Source of the DNA: Vicinamibacteria bacterium
GTDB taxonomy: Bacteria; Acidobacteriota; Vicinamibacteria; Vicinamibacterales; JAENWD01
Reading direction: 5' to 3'
Assembly (NCBI GenBank): GCA_963739995.1
Contig: CAVUCH010000001.1
Coordinates: forward strand, 688 to 64,687
Length of the DNA stretch: 64,000 nucleotides
A program made the translations under genes and the position numbers. This document shows, in pieces, positions 50,345 through 61,603 of this stretch. Position 1 is the stretch's first letter; every line of letters starts with the position of its first letter. Under the pieces are notes generated by a model. That model had not been told where the DNA came from, searched no databases, and worked only from the letters and a program-made list of their open reading frames with translations.

Positions 50345-51343
50345 ATGGAATCTGATCTCTCCCTCGAGTTTCTCAGGGTCGTCGAGCAGGCCGCGATCGC
50401 GTGCGCCCACACCATGGGCCTCGGCGACGGCAAGCGGTCGGATCACGCGGCGGTCGAAGCGATGCGGCGCGAGCTCGATCGCGTGCCGATCGACGGCTGC
50501 ATCGTCATCGGCGAGGGGGAGCGCGATGAGGCGCCGATGCTCTACATCGGCGAGCGCGTGGGGCTGGCCAACGTCTGGCGCGCCAGCGGTCGCGCGGGCC
50601 TTGGGCCGCCGCAGATCGATATCGCGGTCGACCCGCTCGAGGGCACGAATCTCTGCGCCACGGGAGCGCCCGGCGCGATAGCGGTGCTCGCCGCCTCCGA
50701 ACGCGGAGGACTCCTGCACGCGCCCGACCTCTACATGGAGAAGCTCGTCGTTCCGTCGCCCGCGAAGAACGCGGTCGACATAGACGCGCCGGTTGCCGAC
50801 AACCTGCAGGCAGTTGCCAGGGCGCTCGAGCGGGAGGTGGACGATCTCGTCATCGTGGTGCTCGACCGGCCCCGACACGAGAAGCTGATCGCCGACATCC
50901 GGGCCGCCGGCGCCAGGATTCGGCTCATTGGCGACGGAGACCTTTCCGCCGCGATAGTCGCGGCCGTTGTCGGCACCGGCGTGCACGCGGTCATGGGCAC
51001 CGGTGGTGCGCCCGAGGGCGTGCTCACCGCGGCGGCGATGCGGTGCCTGAACGGTGAGATCTACGCGCGGCTGGTCGTGCGAACCGAGGAGGAGGAGGCG
51101 CGCTGCCAGGCCATGGGGATCCCCGACACGAAACGCGTGTACCGCGCGGCCGACCTCGCCCCTGGACGCTCCTTGATCTTCGCGGCCACGGGCGTCACCG
51201 ACGGCTCGCTGATGAAGGGCGTCCGGTTCTTCGGCGACGGCACACGCACCCAATCGCTGGTCATGCAGACCGATCCGCGACAGGTGCGCTTCATCGACAG
51301 CATTCACGTCAACGACGCGGACGACGTGAAGATCCGGTTCTGA
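50345..51343 (+). CDS. glpX: Fructose-1,6-bisphosphatase class II
   Basis: ..[62 protein letters not shown].. Confidence 0.94.
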   Translation: MESDLSLEFLRVVEQAAIACAHTMGLGDGKRSDHAAVEAMRRELDRVPIDGCIVIGEGERDEAPMLYIGERVGLANVWRASGRAGLGPPQIDIAVDPLEGTNLCATGAPGAIAVLAASERGGLLHAPDLYMEKLVVPSPAKNAVDIDAPVADNLQAVARALEREVDDLVIVVLDRPRHEKLIADIRAAGARIRLIGDGDLSAAIVAAVVGTGVHAVMGTGGAPEGVLTAAAMRCLNGEIYARLVVRTEEEEARCQAMGIPDTKRVYRAADLAPGRSLIFAATGVTDGSLMKGVRFFGDGTRTQSLVMQTDPRQVRFIDSIHVNDADDVKIRF

Positions 51344-51351
51344 GGCGGCGC

Positions 51352-52620
51352 ATGGCGACCGGCGTGCAGCGGCCCGGCGCCGGCTCTGCCGCGGGCAGCG
51401 GTCCGGTTCTCGCCTGGCGCCGCAACCTCGCGGCGCTCACCGCCGCCAGCTTCATCGGCTTCACCGGCTTCACGCTCGTCATGCCGTTCCTCCCGCTCTA
51501 CATCGCGGAGCTCGGCGTGCGCGACGTCGGCGCCATCGCGCTCTGGACCGGCTTTACCCTCGGCGTCACCCCCGCGATTACCGCACTGCTCGCGCCGACG
51601 TGGGGACGCCTGGCGGACCGGTTCGGACGCAAGCTTCTGGTCGCGCGCTCTCTCGCGAGCTTCGTCGTGATCATGGCCGCGATGGCCTGGGTCACGCAGC
51701 CCTGGCATCTGTTCGCCCTTCGTGCCATCCAGGGCCTGTTTGCCGGGTACGGCCCGCTGTGTCTCGCGATGGCAGCGGAGTCGTCGCCCAGGGATCGCGT
51801 CGCGCAGTCGATCGGCATGGTGCAGACCGCGCAGCGGCTCGGGCCGGCCCTGGGCCCCGTCATCGGCGGCGCCGTCGCGGCAGCCGTCGGACTCCGTACG
51901 GCGTTTCTCGTGACCTCTGCGTTCTACGTCATCGCCCTGGTGCAGCTACTGGTTCTCTATCAGGAGTCCCCGGTCGAGCACTCGGCATCGACCGGCGTTC
52001 CTGCGCGCGTCACCTTCAGCAACGTGCTCGCGTTCGAGAACTTCCTGCTGCTCATGGCAACGATCTTCGGGCTGCAGTTCGTCGATCGCAGCTTCGGGCC
52101 GGTGCTGCCGCTTCACGTAGCGGCCATGGGCGTCGCGCCCGGTCGTGTCGCAGTCGTGTCGGGTGTCGTCTTCTCGGCGCTGGCGTGTTCAGCGGCCGTC
52201 GGGCACCACCTCTGCGCGCGGCTGCTGCGGCGGTGGTCGGCAAGGGACGTGATCAGCAGTGCCGCCCTCGTGTCAGCCGGCGCCGTCGCGCTCTTCGCGG
52301 TCATCGGGGACGCCTGGGCGCTTATCGCCGCCGCCGCCGTCTTCGGTGGCAGCATCGGCGCCGCCATGACGGCTGCGTATGCGGCAGCAGCAGGGATCCT
52401 GCCGTCCAACGCCCGCGGGGCCGGCTTCGGGTTCCTGTCGAGTGCCTCGCTGACGGGTGTGGCACTGAGCCCGGTCGCGTGCGGGTTTCTCGCTGCGACG
52501 GACATACGCATCGTGTTTGCCGCCGATGCCTTGGCGCTCTGCCTTCTGGCCCTGTTGGTTCGCCGCGTGATGATCGATCATCCTCGTGTGACCGGAACAC
52601 CGGTTATCGCGGACTCGTAG
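51352..52620 (+). CDS. MFS transporter
   Basis: 12 predicted TM segments and the MFS loop motif GRLADRFGRK. Confidence 0.88.
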   Translation: MATGVQRPGAGSAAGSGPVLAWRRNLAALTAASFIGFTGFTLVMPFLPLYIAELGVRDVGAIALWTGFTLGVTPAITALLAPTWGRLADRFGRKLLVARSLASFVVIMAAMAWVTQPWHLFALRAIQGLFAGYGPLCLAMAAESSPRDRVAQSIGMVQTAQRLGPALGPVIGGAVAAAVGLRTAFLVTSAFYVIALVQLLVLYQESPVEHSASTGVPARVTFSNVLAFENFLLLMATIFGLQFVDRSFGPVLPLHVAAMGVAPGRVAVVSGVVFSALACSAAVGHHLCARLLRRWSARDVISSAALVSAGAVALFAVIGDAWALIAAAAVFGGSIGAAMTAAYAAAAGILPSNARGAGFGFLSSASLTGVALSPVACGFLAATDIRIVFAADALALCLLALLVRRVMIDHPRVTGTPVIADS

Positions 52621-52670
52621 ACGGGGTCCGGGGAACTGGCCCTTGCCGGTGGCGTTCGGACCGCAGATGA

Positions 52671-53966
52671 TCAGCGCTCGCGACTCTGCGGCGTTCCCAA
52701 CTCCTGCGGTTGGCTGCCGATGGTCTCCTCGATCGGCGGCGGCGTGATCGACTGCGGCGGCGGGAACGTCAGGCGCAGCAGCAGGGGCGTCATTGTCGTG
52801 GTCGCCAGCACCATGATCACGGCGGCGGAGAACACGTCGATGCCGATCAGGCCGTTGGCCAGGCCATAGCCGGCGACGATCAACCCGACTTCGCCGCGTG
52901 AAATCATCCCGGCGCCGACGCGCACCGATTCCGTCGTGGTGAACCCGGACAGGCGTGCGAAGCTGGCACACCCTAGCGCCTTCGTCGTAATCGCCACGAC
53001 CACCAGCAGGACGGTGAACAAGACCTGATCCCCGAGTGCGCGGGCGTTGGCCAGCAGGCCGATGCTGATGAAGAACACCGGCACCAGCATCGAATCGGTC
53101 AACGGGTGGATGCCGTAGTCGATGGCTGACTTGAAGCGCGTCTGCGCGAACAGGACGCCGGCGAGATACGACCCGGTGATCGCGGCGACGCCGCCGACGA
53201 ACTCCGCCGCCCACGCATAGAGCAGCGCGACGACCAGCACCACGGCCAGCAGGCCCTGGCTCACGGCCAGTCGCTCGGCCCAGGCGCCGATCCGTTCGAA
53301 GTACCGGCCCAGGAGGATGGCGCCCCCGAAAAAGAGCACCATCCGCGCGACGATCCCGGCAATCTCCAGGGCGTTGACCCCGCCGGTTGTCCGGGCGAAC
53401 GCCACGACGACCGACAGCAGGATGATCCCCATCACGTCGTCGATCACGGCGGCGCCGAGGATGGTGGAGCCTTCGCGTGAACGGAGTGCGTTGAGCTCCA
53501 TCAGCGTCTGTGCGGAGATGCTCACGCTCGTAGCGGTGAGGATGGTCCCGATGAACAGGCCCGTCCAGAACAAGGGCAGGCCGAACGCCGTAGCGGTCAC
53601 CGTCCCTCCGGCGAGGGGCAGCAGCACGCCGCCAAACGCCGCCCAGAACGCGACCCTGCCCACGCGGCGCATCTCGACGAGATCGGTCTCCAGGCCCGCG
53701 ATGAACATCAGCAGAATCACGCCGAGTTCCGCCAGATCCCGTATTGACTCGATCAACGGCCCCGGCGCCGTACCGTGCGCCGGCTGCAGCGCGTGCACGA
53801 ACATCGGCCACCCCAGCACGTCGAGTATCGTGGGCCCGAGCACCAGCCCCGCCAGGATCTCGCCGAATACGGCGGGCTGACCGATGCGATTGGCCGCCGC
53901 GCCGGACAGCTTCGCCGCGGCGACGATGAGTGCGAGCACGAGAAGCAGTTGCAGCAGATGGGTCAT
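52671..53966 (-). CDS. Cation:proton antiporter (CPA2/Kef-type membrane domain, no KTN)
   Basis: MTHLLQLLLVLALIVAAAKLSGAAANRIGQPAVFGEILAGLVLGP.., about 12 TM segments. Confidence 0.9.
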   Translation of the reverse strand: MTHLLQLLLVLALIVAAAKLSGAAANRIGQPAVFGEILAGLVLGPTILDVLGWPMFVHALQPAHGTAPGPLIESIRDLAELGVILLMFIAGLETDLVEMRRVGRVAFWAAFGGVLLPLAGGTVTATAFGLPLFWTGLFIGTILTATSVSISAQTLMELNALRSREGSTILGAAVIDDVMGIILLSVVVAFARTTGGVNALEIAGIVARMVLFFGGAILLGRYFERIGAWAERLAVSQGLLAVVLVVALLYAWAAEFVGGVAAITGSYLAGVLFAQTRFKSAIDYGIHPLTDSMLVPVFFISIGLLANARALGDQVLFTVLLVVVAITTKALGCASFARLSGFTTTESVRVGAGMISRGEVGLIVAGYGLANGLIGIDVFSAAVIMVLATTTMTPLLLRLTFPPPQSITPPPIEETIGSQPQELGTPQSRER

Positions 53967-54049
53967 TCGAAGCGGGCCTGTGCCGGAGAGCAGACGCGAC
54001 GCAGTATTCTGACCCGACGTGTTCCCCCGGCCAAATGGTGCCCGTTCAC

Positions 54050-54688
54050 ATGAAACGACTGATCGTCGATCCCCGTCGTCCTGACCCGGCGTACATCGCG
54101 GAGGCCGCTTCGGTGATCCGTGAAGGGGGCATCGTCGCGTTCCCCACCGACACGCTGTACGGACTGGCCACCGATCCGCGGAATCCGCGCGCGGTGTCCC
54201 GACTGTTCGCGGTAAAAGGGCGCGCGGCCGATCGGGCGATTGCCCTGATTGCGAACGACGGGCTCGCCGCGGCGCACGCCGGGCGGCTCACGGCGCGGAC
54301 GCGGGCGCTCGCCAGTCATTTCTGGCCGGGTCCGCTCACGTTGCTCGTGAGGGCCGACGCACGTCTGGCGCCGGCCGTGCACAGCGAGAGCCGCCTGGTC
54401 GGCGTGCGCGTCCCCGATTCGGTCGTCGCGCGTGCGCTGGCGCTCGCGGCTGGCGGGCTGATCACGGCGACGAGCGCCAATCGCTCCGGTGCGGAGGCGA
54501 CAGCCGATCCGGACGCCCTGCAGCCTCTGGCCGCGAGCGGTCTCGACTTGCTGCTCGATGCCGGGCCCGCGCCCGGTGGCCCGCCTTCCACGATTGTGGA
54601 CGTCACGGCGGAGCCGCCACTGCTGATCCGGCCGGGCGCAGTGCCATGGGAGCGCGTGCTAGAATTTCTTGACAGCTATTCGAAGTAG
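54050..54688 (+). CDS. tsaC: L-threonylcarbamoyladenylate synthase (TsaC/YrdC family)
   Basis: ..GGIVAFPTDTLYGLATDP..VSRLFAVKGR..HFWPGPLTLL..GVRVP..ATSANRSG.. ATG 54035 is an alternative start. Confidence 0.9.
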   Translation: MKRLIVDPRRPDPAYIAEAASVIREGGIVAFPTDTLYGLATDPRNPRAVSRLFAVKGRAADRAIALIANDGLAAAHAGRLTARTRALASHFWPGPLTLLVRADARLAPAVHSESRLVGVRVPDSVVARALALAAGGLITATSANRSGAEATADPDALQPLAASGLDLLLDAGPAPGGPPSTIVDVTAEPPLLIRPGAVPWERVLEFLDSYSK

Positions 54689-54730
54689 TCCATCCGGCCA
54701 CGCTCCGTTCAGCCTCGCATCCACTACTGG

Positions 54731-56011
54731 GTGATGCCACCACCGCGAACACTCCCGCATCCCGAACGTGCCGCAATCGTGGGCCTGATCACGGCCAGCT
54801 CCCGGCGCCTGGAGGCGGAGCGGTCACTCGACGAATTGGCGGGCCTGGCGGACGCCGCGGGTGCGACCGTCGTGCTGCGGATGTCCCAGGAGCGCCCGAA
54901 GCCCGATCCCTCCACGTTTCTCGGTAGCGGCAAAGTGAGTACGCTCGCGTCGGCCTGCGATGAGGCCGACGTCGCCGTGGTCATCTTCGACAGCGAGCTG
55001 TCGCCGGCGCAGCTGCGCGAGATCGAGTCGCGCGTGGGGCGGAAGGTACTCGATCGGACGCAACTGATTCTCGACATCTTCGCGCGGCGTGCACGGACTC
55101 GGGAAGGGAAGTGGCAGGTCGAGCTCGCACAGCTGCAATACCTCCTGCCTCGCCTGGCGGGCTCCGGCACGGCCCTGTCGCGGCTCGGCGGCGGCATCGG
55201 CACGCGCGGTCCCGGCGAAACGAAGCTCGAAACGGATCGGCGCCGCATCCGCCAGCGCATCCGGCAGATCTCCGCTGCAATCGACGACGTGCGCCGCCGG
55301 CGGGCGCAGCTCCGCGAGCGGCGCCAGAAACAATCCATCCCGACGGTGTCGCTGGTCGGCTACACGAACGCCGGCAAGACCACGTTGTTCAACCTGCTGA
55401 CGCGAGAGACGGCGGAGGCGAACGACGCGCTCTTCGTCACGCTCGACCCGCTCGTCCGCCGCGTGCGCCTGCCGGACCGCCGGGAGCTGCTGGTGTCGGA
55501 CACGGTCGGCTTCATCGAGCGGCTGCCGCACACGCTCGTGGCGGCCTTCCGCGCCACGCTCGAGGAGGTGACCGAGGCCGATCTCGTGCTGCATGTCATC
55601 GACGCGGCCAGCCCCGAGCGCGAGGGACACGTGGCCGCGGTGCGTGCGGTTCTCGACGAGATCGGCGCAAGCGGCGTAGAGCGCCTGGACGTGTACAACA
55701 AGTGCGACCTGCTCGATCCCAGCGAGCTGCGGCGGCTGCGCCTCGCCGACCCAGCCGCGCTCTATGTCTCCGCAAAGATGGGCGACGGCCGAGGCGAGTT
55801 GCTCGAGACGATCACCTCACGCCTCGCGCTCGACGTGCGCCGCGTCACGCTGGAATTCGATGCGCACGCAGCGGATACGCCAGAGCGGGTCGCACGCGTC
55901 TACCGTCACGCGCGCGTCCTGCGGCACGTGACGCTTGATGGCCGCGTGTCCATCGATGCGGACGTCCCGCGCCGTGCGCTGCCGCGCCTGCAGGAAGCAG
56001 CGCCCCCATGA
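54731..56011 (+). CDS. hflX: GTPase HflX
   Basis: It has an HflX N-domain and G-domain (..VSLVGYTNAGKTTLFN..DTVGFI..NKCD..). Confidence 0.94.
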   Translation: MMPPPRTLPHPERAAIVGLITASSRRLEAERSLDELAGLADAAGATVVLRMSQERPKPDPSTFLGSGKVSTLASACDEADVAVVIFDSELSPAQLREIESRVGRKVLDRTQLILDIFARRARTREGKWQVELAQLQYLLPRLAGSGTALSRLGGGIGTRGPGETKLETDRRRIRQRIRQISAAIDDVRRRRAQLRERRQKQSIPTVSLVGYTNAGKTTLFNLLTRETAEANDALFVTLDPLVRRVRLPDRRELLVSDTVGFIERLPHTLVAAFRATLEEVTEADLVLHVIDAASPEREGHVAAVRAVLDEIGASGVERLDVYNKCDLLDPSELRRLRLADPAALYVSAKMGDGRGELLETITSRLALDVRRVTLEFDAHAADTPERVARVYRHARVLRHVTLDGRVSIDADVPRRALPRLQEAAPP

Positions 56012-57390
56012 GAATCTCCAATATCGCTGCACTGGTGTGCCGCGGTGGCGCGATCGCCTGGCTCACCATGTTTGCCGCGTGCGCGGCCAGGACGGCCCCG
56101 CCGCCGCCGGCCGGTGGCGCTCCCAGCTTTCCTGACTTCGTGTATCCCGCCCCCACGGCGACCGCTGATCCCGTAAGCACGGAGCGGCAGGAAATTGCGT
56201 GGCGATGGCTGCAGGCGGGAGACCTGCGGACCGCAGAGCGCGAATTCCGCGTCATCCTCGGGGGAAAGCCGCAGTTCGCGCCTGCGGAGAGCGGGCTGGG
56301 CTACGTCCTGCTCGCCCGACGGCAGCCGGACGAGGCCCTGGATCGGTTCAACGGCGCCTTGAAGCACGCGCCAGCCTACGCGCCGGCGCTTGCGGGCCGA
56401 GCGCAGGCGCTGCTGGCGCTCGGCCGCGACGCCGACGCGCTCGCCAGCCTCGAAGCGGCGGCCGCTGCGGACCCGTTGCTGGACTTGGGGCCTCGAATCG
56501 AAGTACTGCGCTTCAGGCGCACCGAGGACAGGATCGGTGCGGCCCGCCAGGCGGCCGAGCAGGGGCGTCTGGACGAGGCTCGCGCAGCGTACGAGCAGGC
56601 GATCGTGCTGTCACCGGAGAGCGCGTTCCTCCTTCGCGAGCTCGCGGCTGTGGAAGATCGCGCCGGCCGGCCGGCGAAAGCGGTGGAGCACCTGCAGAAG
56701 GCGGTCACCCTCGACCCGGCCGACCAGAAGGCGCAGTCGATGCTCGGCGATCTCCTGCTGGCCCAGAACGATCCGGAGGGGGCGGCGAGGGCGTATGCGG
56801 CGGCGCAGACGATCGACCCCACACCTGAACTCACCGCGAAGCTTGAGACGGCCAGGGACCGCGCCGCCCTCGCGCGGCTCCCCGCGGAGTATCACGCCAT
56901 CGCCGGGCTCGCCGAGGTCACGCGCGGCGATGTCGCCGCGGTGCTGGGAATTCGGCTGGCCGATCTGCTGGCCCGGCGCACCCAGCCGGGCGCGCTCGTG
57001 ACCGACGTGCGTTCGCACTGGGCGTCCACCTGGATTCTCGCCGTGGTGCGGGCCGGGGTGATGGAGCCTATGCCGAACCATACCTTCCAGCCGCAGCAGC
57101 GGATCCGTCGCGTCGATCTCGCGCAGATCGCCAGCCGCGTGCTGGAGCTCATTGCGGCGGCCCGGCCAGGCTCCGCTGCGGCCTGGCAGTCGGCCCGCGT
57201 GACGATCGGCGACGTGTCCCCGAGCCATCCGACACATCCGGCCGTGTCGCAGGCCGTCGCCGCGGGCGTGCTGCCGCTCGAGGGAAACGCGTTCACGCCG
57301 TCAGGCCCGGTGTCCGGCACGGAGCTTCTGGGTGCGGTCGAACGCCTCGAAGCACTCGCCACGCCGACGGGCGGACGCCGGCGGCGGTGA
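56008..57390 (+). CDS. TPR-repeat lipoprotein with C-terminal SLH-like domain
   Basis: The ATG overlaps the hflX stop. It has a lipobox WLTMFAAC and several TPRs. The C-terminal VTDVRSHWASTWILAVVRAGVMEPMPNHTFQPQQRIRRVDLAQIASRVL resembles an S-layer-homology motif. Confidence 0.65.
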   Translation: MRISNIAALVCRGGAIAWLTMFAACAARTAPPPPAGGAPSFPDFVYPAPTATADPVSTERQEIAWRWLQAGDLRTAEREFRVILGGKPQFAPAESGLGYVLLARRQPDEALDRFNGALKHAPAYAPALAGRAQALLALGRDADALASLEAAAAADPLLDLGPRIEVLRFRRTEDRIGAARQAAEQGRLDEARAAYEQAIVLSPESAFLLRELAAVEDRAGRPAKAVEHLQKAVTLDPADQKAQSMLGDLLLAQNDPEGAARAYAAAQTIDPTPELTAKLETARDRAALARLPAEYHAIAGLAEVTRGDVAAVLGIRLADLLARRTQPGALVTDVRSHWASTWILAVVRAGVMEPMPNHTFQPQQRIRRVDLAQIASRVLELIAAARPGSAAAWQSARVTIGDVSPSHPTHPAVSQAVAAGVLPLEGNAFTPSGPVSGTELLGAVERLEALATPTGGRRRR

Positions 57391-57956
57391 CACCGCACAT
57401 GTCGAACCTGACGGTCGCCAACCAGCTGACGCTGCTGCGGATGCTGCTGATCCCCGCGTTCGTCCTGCTCGTCATTTACGGGCATCTCGGCTGGGCGCTG
57501 GCGGTGCTGTTCGTCGCGGGCGTCACCGATGCGCTCGATGGGCTGATCGCCCGTCGTGCGGGGCAGAAGACCACGCTCGGCGCCTGGCTCGACCCGATGG
57601 CCGACAAGCTGCTGCTGACGAGCGCCTTCATCGTGCTCACCGTGCCCGGCACGACCCTCGTCAACCGGATGCCGCTGTGGCTCACGGTCATCATCCTGAG
57701 CCGCGACATCGCCATCGTGACGACCGTCGCGGTCGTCAATCTCGCGATCGGCCCCCGCACCTTCAAGCCTTCGCCTCTCGGCAAGGTTGCCACGGCCCTC
57801 TACGTGGCCACCGCACTGATTTTCATGGTGTTCAACTATCTCGAGACGCGCTCGCCCGTCATCGACGTGTTCGTCTACGCCTCGGCGGGCATCACGATCG
57901 CCTCGAGCCTGCACTACATCACGCACGCTGCCCGAATCGTGAACCAGGCGCAGTGA
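57387..57956 (+). CDS. pgsA: CDP-diacylglycerol--glycerol-3-phosphate 3-phosphatidyltransferase
   Basis: It has the CDP-alcohol phosphatidyltransferase motif DALDGLIARRAGQKTTLGAWLDPMADKLL. GTG 57387 overlaps the upstream stop. ATG 57399 is an alternative start. Confidence 0.9.
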   Translation: MTPHMSNLTVANQLTLLRMLLIPAFVLLVIYGHLGWALAVLFVAGVTDALDGLIARRAGQKTTLGAWLDPMADKLLLTSAFIVLTVPGTTLVNRMPLWLTVIILSRDIAIVTTVAVVNLAIGPRTFKPSPLGKVATALYVATALIFMVFNYLETRSPVIDVFVYASAGITIASSLHYITHAARIVNQAQ

Positions 57957-58063
57957 CGGGCCTGCCGGGTGCGCCCCGGCGATCGACATGCGGTGCCCGA
58001 CGGTGTGGAGCCGTATGTAGCGCGGAGAGCGAGGTGCGCCGGCGGTCCCGGTGACGTGGACGA

Positions 58064-59008
58064 CTACGGGCTCTCGGCCAGCTTGCTCCGGAAGTACGTG
58101 ATGGTGTGCTCGAGGCCTTCTTCGAGCGCGACTTTCGGTTCCCAGCCGAGCAGCGTGCGTGCCCGCGTGATGTCCGGTTGCCGCACTTTCGGGTCGTCGA
58201 CAGGGAGGTCCCGGTGGACAATCCGGCTCGACGAGCCCGTCATGCGGATGATCGTGCGGGCGATCTCCTCGATCGTCATCTCGCGCGGGTTCCCGATGTT
58301 CACTGGATCGTTCACGTCCGAGAGCATCAGCCGAATGATGCCGTCCACCAGGTCGGTGACGTACGTGAAGCTGCGGGTCTGCGAGCCGTCGCCGAAGATC
58401 GTCACGTCCTGGTTCCGCAGCGCCTGCGACATGAAAGCGGGCACCGCGCGCCCGTCGTTGAGCCGCATCCGGGGTCCGTACGTGTTGAAGATGCGGACAA
58501 TCTTCGCGTCGAGCCCGTGGTAGCGGTGATAGGCAACGGTCATGGCCTCGGCGAATCGCTTCGCTTCGTCGTACACGCCCCGTGGCCCGATCGGGTTCAC
58601 GTTGCCCCAGTAGGTCTCCTTCTGCGGGTGCTCCAGCGGATCGCCGTACACTTCCGACGTCGACGCAATGACGAACCTCGCACTCTTTGCCTTGGCCAGT
58701 CCGAGCGCCTTGTGCGTGCCGAGCGCGCCGACCTTGAGCGTCGGTATGGGCAGTTCCAGATAATCGATGGGGCTGGCGGGACTCGCCCAGTGCAGCACGA
58801 AATCGACCGGTCCGTCGACGTAGATGTAGTTCGTGACGTCGTGCTTGATGAAGGTGAAATCGCGGCCGTGCAGGTGCGCGATGTTGGCGATGTCTCCCGT
58901 GAGCAGGTTATCGATGCCGATCACCGCGTACCCGCGGTCGAGCAGGGTTTCGGCCAGGTGCGAGCCGATGAAGCCGGCCGCGCCGGTGATGACCACTCGT
59001 TGCTGCAT
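58064..59008 (-). CDS. UDP-glucuronate decarboxylase (UDP-xylose synthase)-type SDR
   Basis: [43 protein letters not shown].. matches the UXS/ArnA-decarboxylase subfamily pattern. Confidence 0.88.
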   Translation of the reverse strand: MQQRVVITGAAGFIGSHLAETLLDRGYAVIGIDNLLTGDIANIAHLHGRDFTFIKHDVTNYIYVDGPVDFVLHWASPASPIDYLELPIPTLKVGALGTHKALGLAKAKSARFVIASTSEVYGDPLEHPQKETYWGNVNPIGPRGVYDEAKRFAEAMTVAYHRYHGLDAKIVRIFNTYGPRMRLNDGRAVPAFMSQALRNQDVTIFGDGSQTRSFTYVTDLVDGIIRLMLSDVNDPVNIGNPREMTIEEIARTIIRMTGSSSRIVHRDLPVDDPKVRQPDITRARTLLGWEPKVALEEGLEHTITYFRSKLAESP

Positions 59009-59057
59009 GGAATCGTTCCTCGAGACGAATGACCCAAACCAGAACCCGGAACCGAAC

Positions 59058-60497
59058 TCAGTACGCGTGCTTCTGGAACAAGCCCTTCACGACGGTGAGC
59101 CACATGATCTTGACATCCAGCGACACCGACCAGTTCTCGATGTAATAGAGGTCGTACTCGATGCGCTTCTCGATCGACGTGTTCCCCCGCCAGCCATTGA
59201 CCTGCGCCCAGCCGGTCAGGCCCGCGCGCACCTTGTGCCGGAGCATGTACTGCGGGATACGCTGCTTGAACTGGTCGACGAAGAACGGCCGCTCCGGCCG
59301 TGGCCCGACCAGCGACATGTCGCCGCGAAGCACGTTCCAGAGCTGCGGCAGCTCATCGAAGTTCGTGCGCCGGAGCAGCCGGCCGAGCGGCGTACAGCGG
59401 GGGTCGTCCTGGCTCGCCCAGACAGGGCCCGTCTCGCGCTCCGCATCCTGGTACATCGAGCGGAACTTATAGATGACAAAAGCTTTGCCGTCGAGGCCCA
59501 TCCGCTCCTGCCGGTAGAAGACCGGTCCCCGCGACGTGAAACGGATCAACGCGGCGATGGCGCCGAACGGGGGCGCGAGTGCAACCAGCGTGAGCGTGGA
59601 CAACCCAATGTCGATCGAGCGCTTCAGGATGCTGTTGAAGCCCTGCAGCGGCACGTCGTTGATGTTGATGATGGGAATGCCGTCGAGGTCTTCGAGCCGT
59701 GCCCTTAGCGCGATGACCTGCAGCAGATCCGGGACCACCTTGACGTCGACGCACTCCTGTCCGATGGCCTCGAGCAGGTGCAGCATGCGCACGTACTCGT
59801 CGGCCGGCAGCGCGACATACAGGTGATCCACTCCTTCGCGCGCAGCGATCTCGCCGGCTTCGTCGAGCGTGCCCAGCAGCGGCAGTCCCCGGTGGCCCAG
59901 CATGTCGCCGCCGGCGCGGTCGTCCACGAACCCGACGATGTGGTACCCGAGCTCACGGTGCTCGAGAATCTTGTCAGCCACCAGCCGGCCCAGCTCTCCG
60001 GCGCCAGCGATGAGGATTCGCTTCAGGCCGATACCCGCACGCCAGCGACGCTCCAGCAGCTCCCGGACCACTTCACGGGACGCGAACGTGAACAGCACGT
60101 TCACGACGAGGAACACCGCCCATACCAGCTGTGATACCTCGTACGCGCCCCGATCCTTCATCTCGTCGGGAACGTAGTACGCCTGGAAGTACAGGGTAGC
60201 CACGATCCCGAACACCACGGCAAGGATGCTGCCGACGAGGACGGCGAAAAAGTCGTCCACCCGGGACCGGCCCCGCCGGAGCCGGTAGAGCCCCTGAACG
60301 TGGAATGCGAACGGCACGAGCACGCCGATGAACGGCAGGACGTTCACGTACTGACCAAAGGGGGGGTAGCCCTTCGTGACAGCGAAGAGGGGGGTATCGA
60401 ACCGAATCAAGTAGGCGAGCAGGAAGGCCGTCATGCCGAGCAGAGAATCGGACACGACGTAGCAGGCGACCAGCAGCCGGTTGTGGCGCCTTACCAC
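59058..60497 (-). CDS. Polyprenyl-phosphate hexose-1-phosphate transferase (WbaP/WcaJ-type priming enzyme)
   Basis: It has N-terminal TM helices, a central Rossmann-like domain, and the C-terminal sugar-transferase motif ..[26 protein letters not shown].. Confidence 0.92.
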   Translation of the reverse strand: MVRRHNRLLVACYVVSDSLLGMTAFLLAYLIRFDTPLFAVTKGYPPFGQYVNVLPFIGVLVPFAFHVQGLYRLRRGRSRVDDFFAVLVGSILAVVFGIVATLYFQAYYVPDEMKDRGAYEVSQLVWAVFLVVNVLFTFASREVVRELLERRWRAGIGLKRILIAGAGELGRLVADKILEHRELGYHIVGFVDDRAGGDMLGHRGLPLLGTLDEAGEIAAREGVDHLYVALPADEYVRMLHLLEAIGQECVDVKVVPDLLQVIALRARLEDLDGIPIININDVPLQGFNSILKRSIDIGLSTLTLVALAPPFGAIAALIRFTSRGPVFYRQERMGLDGKAFVIYKFRSMYQDAERETGPVWASQDDPRCTPLGRLLRRTNFDELPQLWNVLRGDMSLVGPRPERPFFVDQFKQRIPQYMLRHKVRAGLTGWAQVNGWRGNTSIEKRIEYDLYYIENWSVSLDVKIMWLTVVKGLFQKHAY

Positions 60498-61603
60498 CGG
60501 CGTTCCCCCGGCGCGCTCAGCGTGCCGTTGATGGCAGCCACCATCTCCGAGGCGAATCGCTCCCGGCTGAATCGCTCAGCGTGTCGGCGGATGACGGACG
60601 AATCGAACGGCCGTTCAGCGGCATCACGCAGCCCCCTCGCGAGTGCCTCCGGACCGGGATCTTCGACCAGCACGCCGGTGCGGCCGTGGATCACCGTTTC
60701 GAGCGCCCCGCCCTCCGCGCGCGACACGACCGGTCGGCCGCAGGCCTGGGCCTCGACGGCTACGATCCCGAAGTCCTCCTCGCCTGGCAGGATGACCGCG
60801 GTTGCCGCGCGGTACAATTCCCGGATTTCCCCGTTGGTACGGGTCCCGAGAAATTCCACCCCCGTCCCGCCAGCAGCCAGGAGCCGGGCACGGTCCGGCC
60901 CGTCGCCGATTATTCGCAGGGGTAGCCCGGCGAGGCGTGCAGCCTCGATAGCGATGTCAATGCGTTTGTAGGGAACCAGCGCGGACACGATCAAAAGATA
61001 TGGCTCCGGTGTCCGGCCATCTGGACTGTAGAACGATGTGTCCACGGGAGGATACACAACCAGGGCATCGCGACCATAATACCGCCTGATCCGCCCCGCT
61101 ACATACCGCGAATTCGCGACGTAGGAATCCACACGTCCGGCCGTCGCCGCGTCCCAGCGCGCCAATCGCCGCAGGGCGACTGCTGCCGCCCGGCTGCCGA
61201 GCCGTCCTAAACGGTCGGGTCCGAAGTAGTGCGGGAACTGATCCCAGGCATACCGCATAGGCGTGTGGCAGTAGCAGACGTGCCGGGCCCGGCCGGGTAC
61301 GACCACCGACTTGGCCGCGCAGTGGCTGCTGCTCACGACCAGATCGAACCCGTCCAGATCGAAGAGCTCAACGGCGATTGGGAATGCGGGCAGCGCGTGG
61401 CGATAGAACCGTCGGATCTGCGGAAGCGCCTGCAGGAACGACGTGTGCCGCGGAAGCGCCTCGATCGTCGGTGACACCGCGCCTGGGACATGCACCAGCG
61501 TGAACAGCTCGGCTGACGGAAACTGCTCGCACAGCGCTTCGAGCACCTTTTCCCCACCGCGCATCCCGGTGAGCCAGTCATGAACCAAGGCGACGCGCAT
61601 CAC
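60491..61603 (-). CDS. Glycosyltransferase family 4 (GT-B)
   Basis: MRVALVHDWLTGMRGGEKVLE.. and the C-terminal E..FG...EA motif (EEDFGIVAVEAQACGRPVV). Confidence 0.88.
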   Translation of the reverse strand: MMRVALVHDWLTGMRGGEKVLEALCEQFPSAELFTLVHVPGAVSPTIEALPRHTSFLQALPQIRRFYRHALPAFPIAVELFDLDGFDLVVSSSHCAAKSVVVPGRARHVCYCHTPMRYAWDQFPHYFGPDRLGRLGSRAAAVALRRLARWDAATAGRVDSYVANSRYVAGRIRRYYGRDALVVYPPVDTSFYSPDGRTPEPYLLIVSALVPYKRIDIAIEAARLAGLPLRIIGDGPDRARLLAAGGTGVEFLGTRTNGEIRELYRAATAVILPGEEDFGIVAVEAQACGRPVVSRAEGGALETVIHGRTGVLVEDPGPEALARGLRDAAERPFDSSVIRRHAERFSRERFASEMVAAINGTLSAPGERRW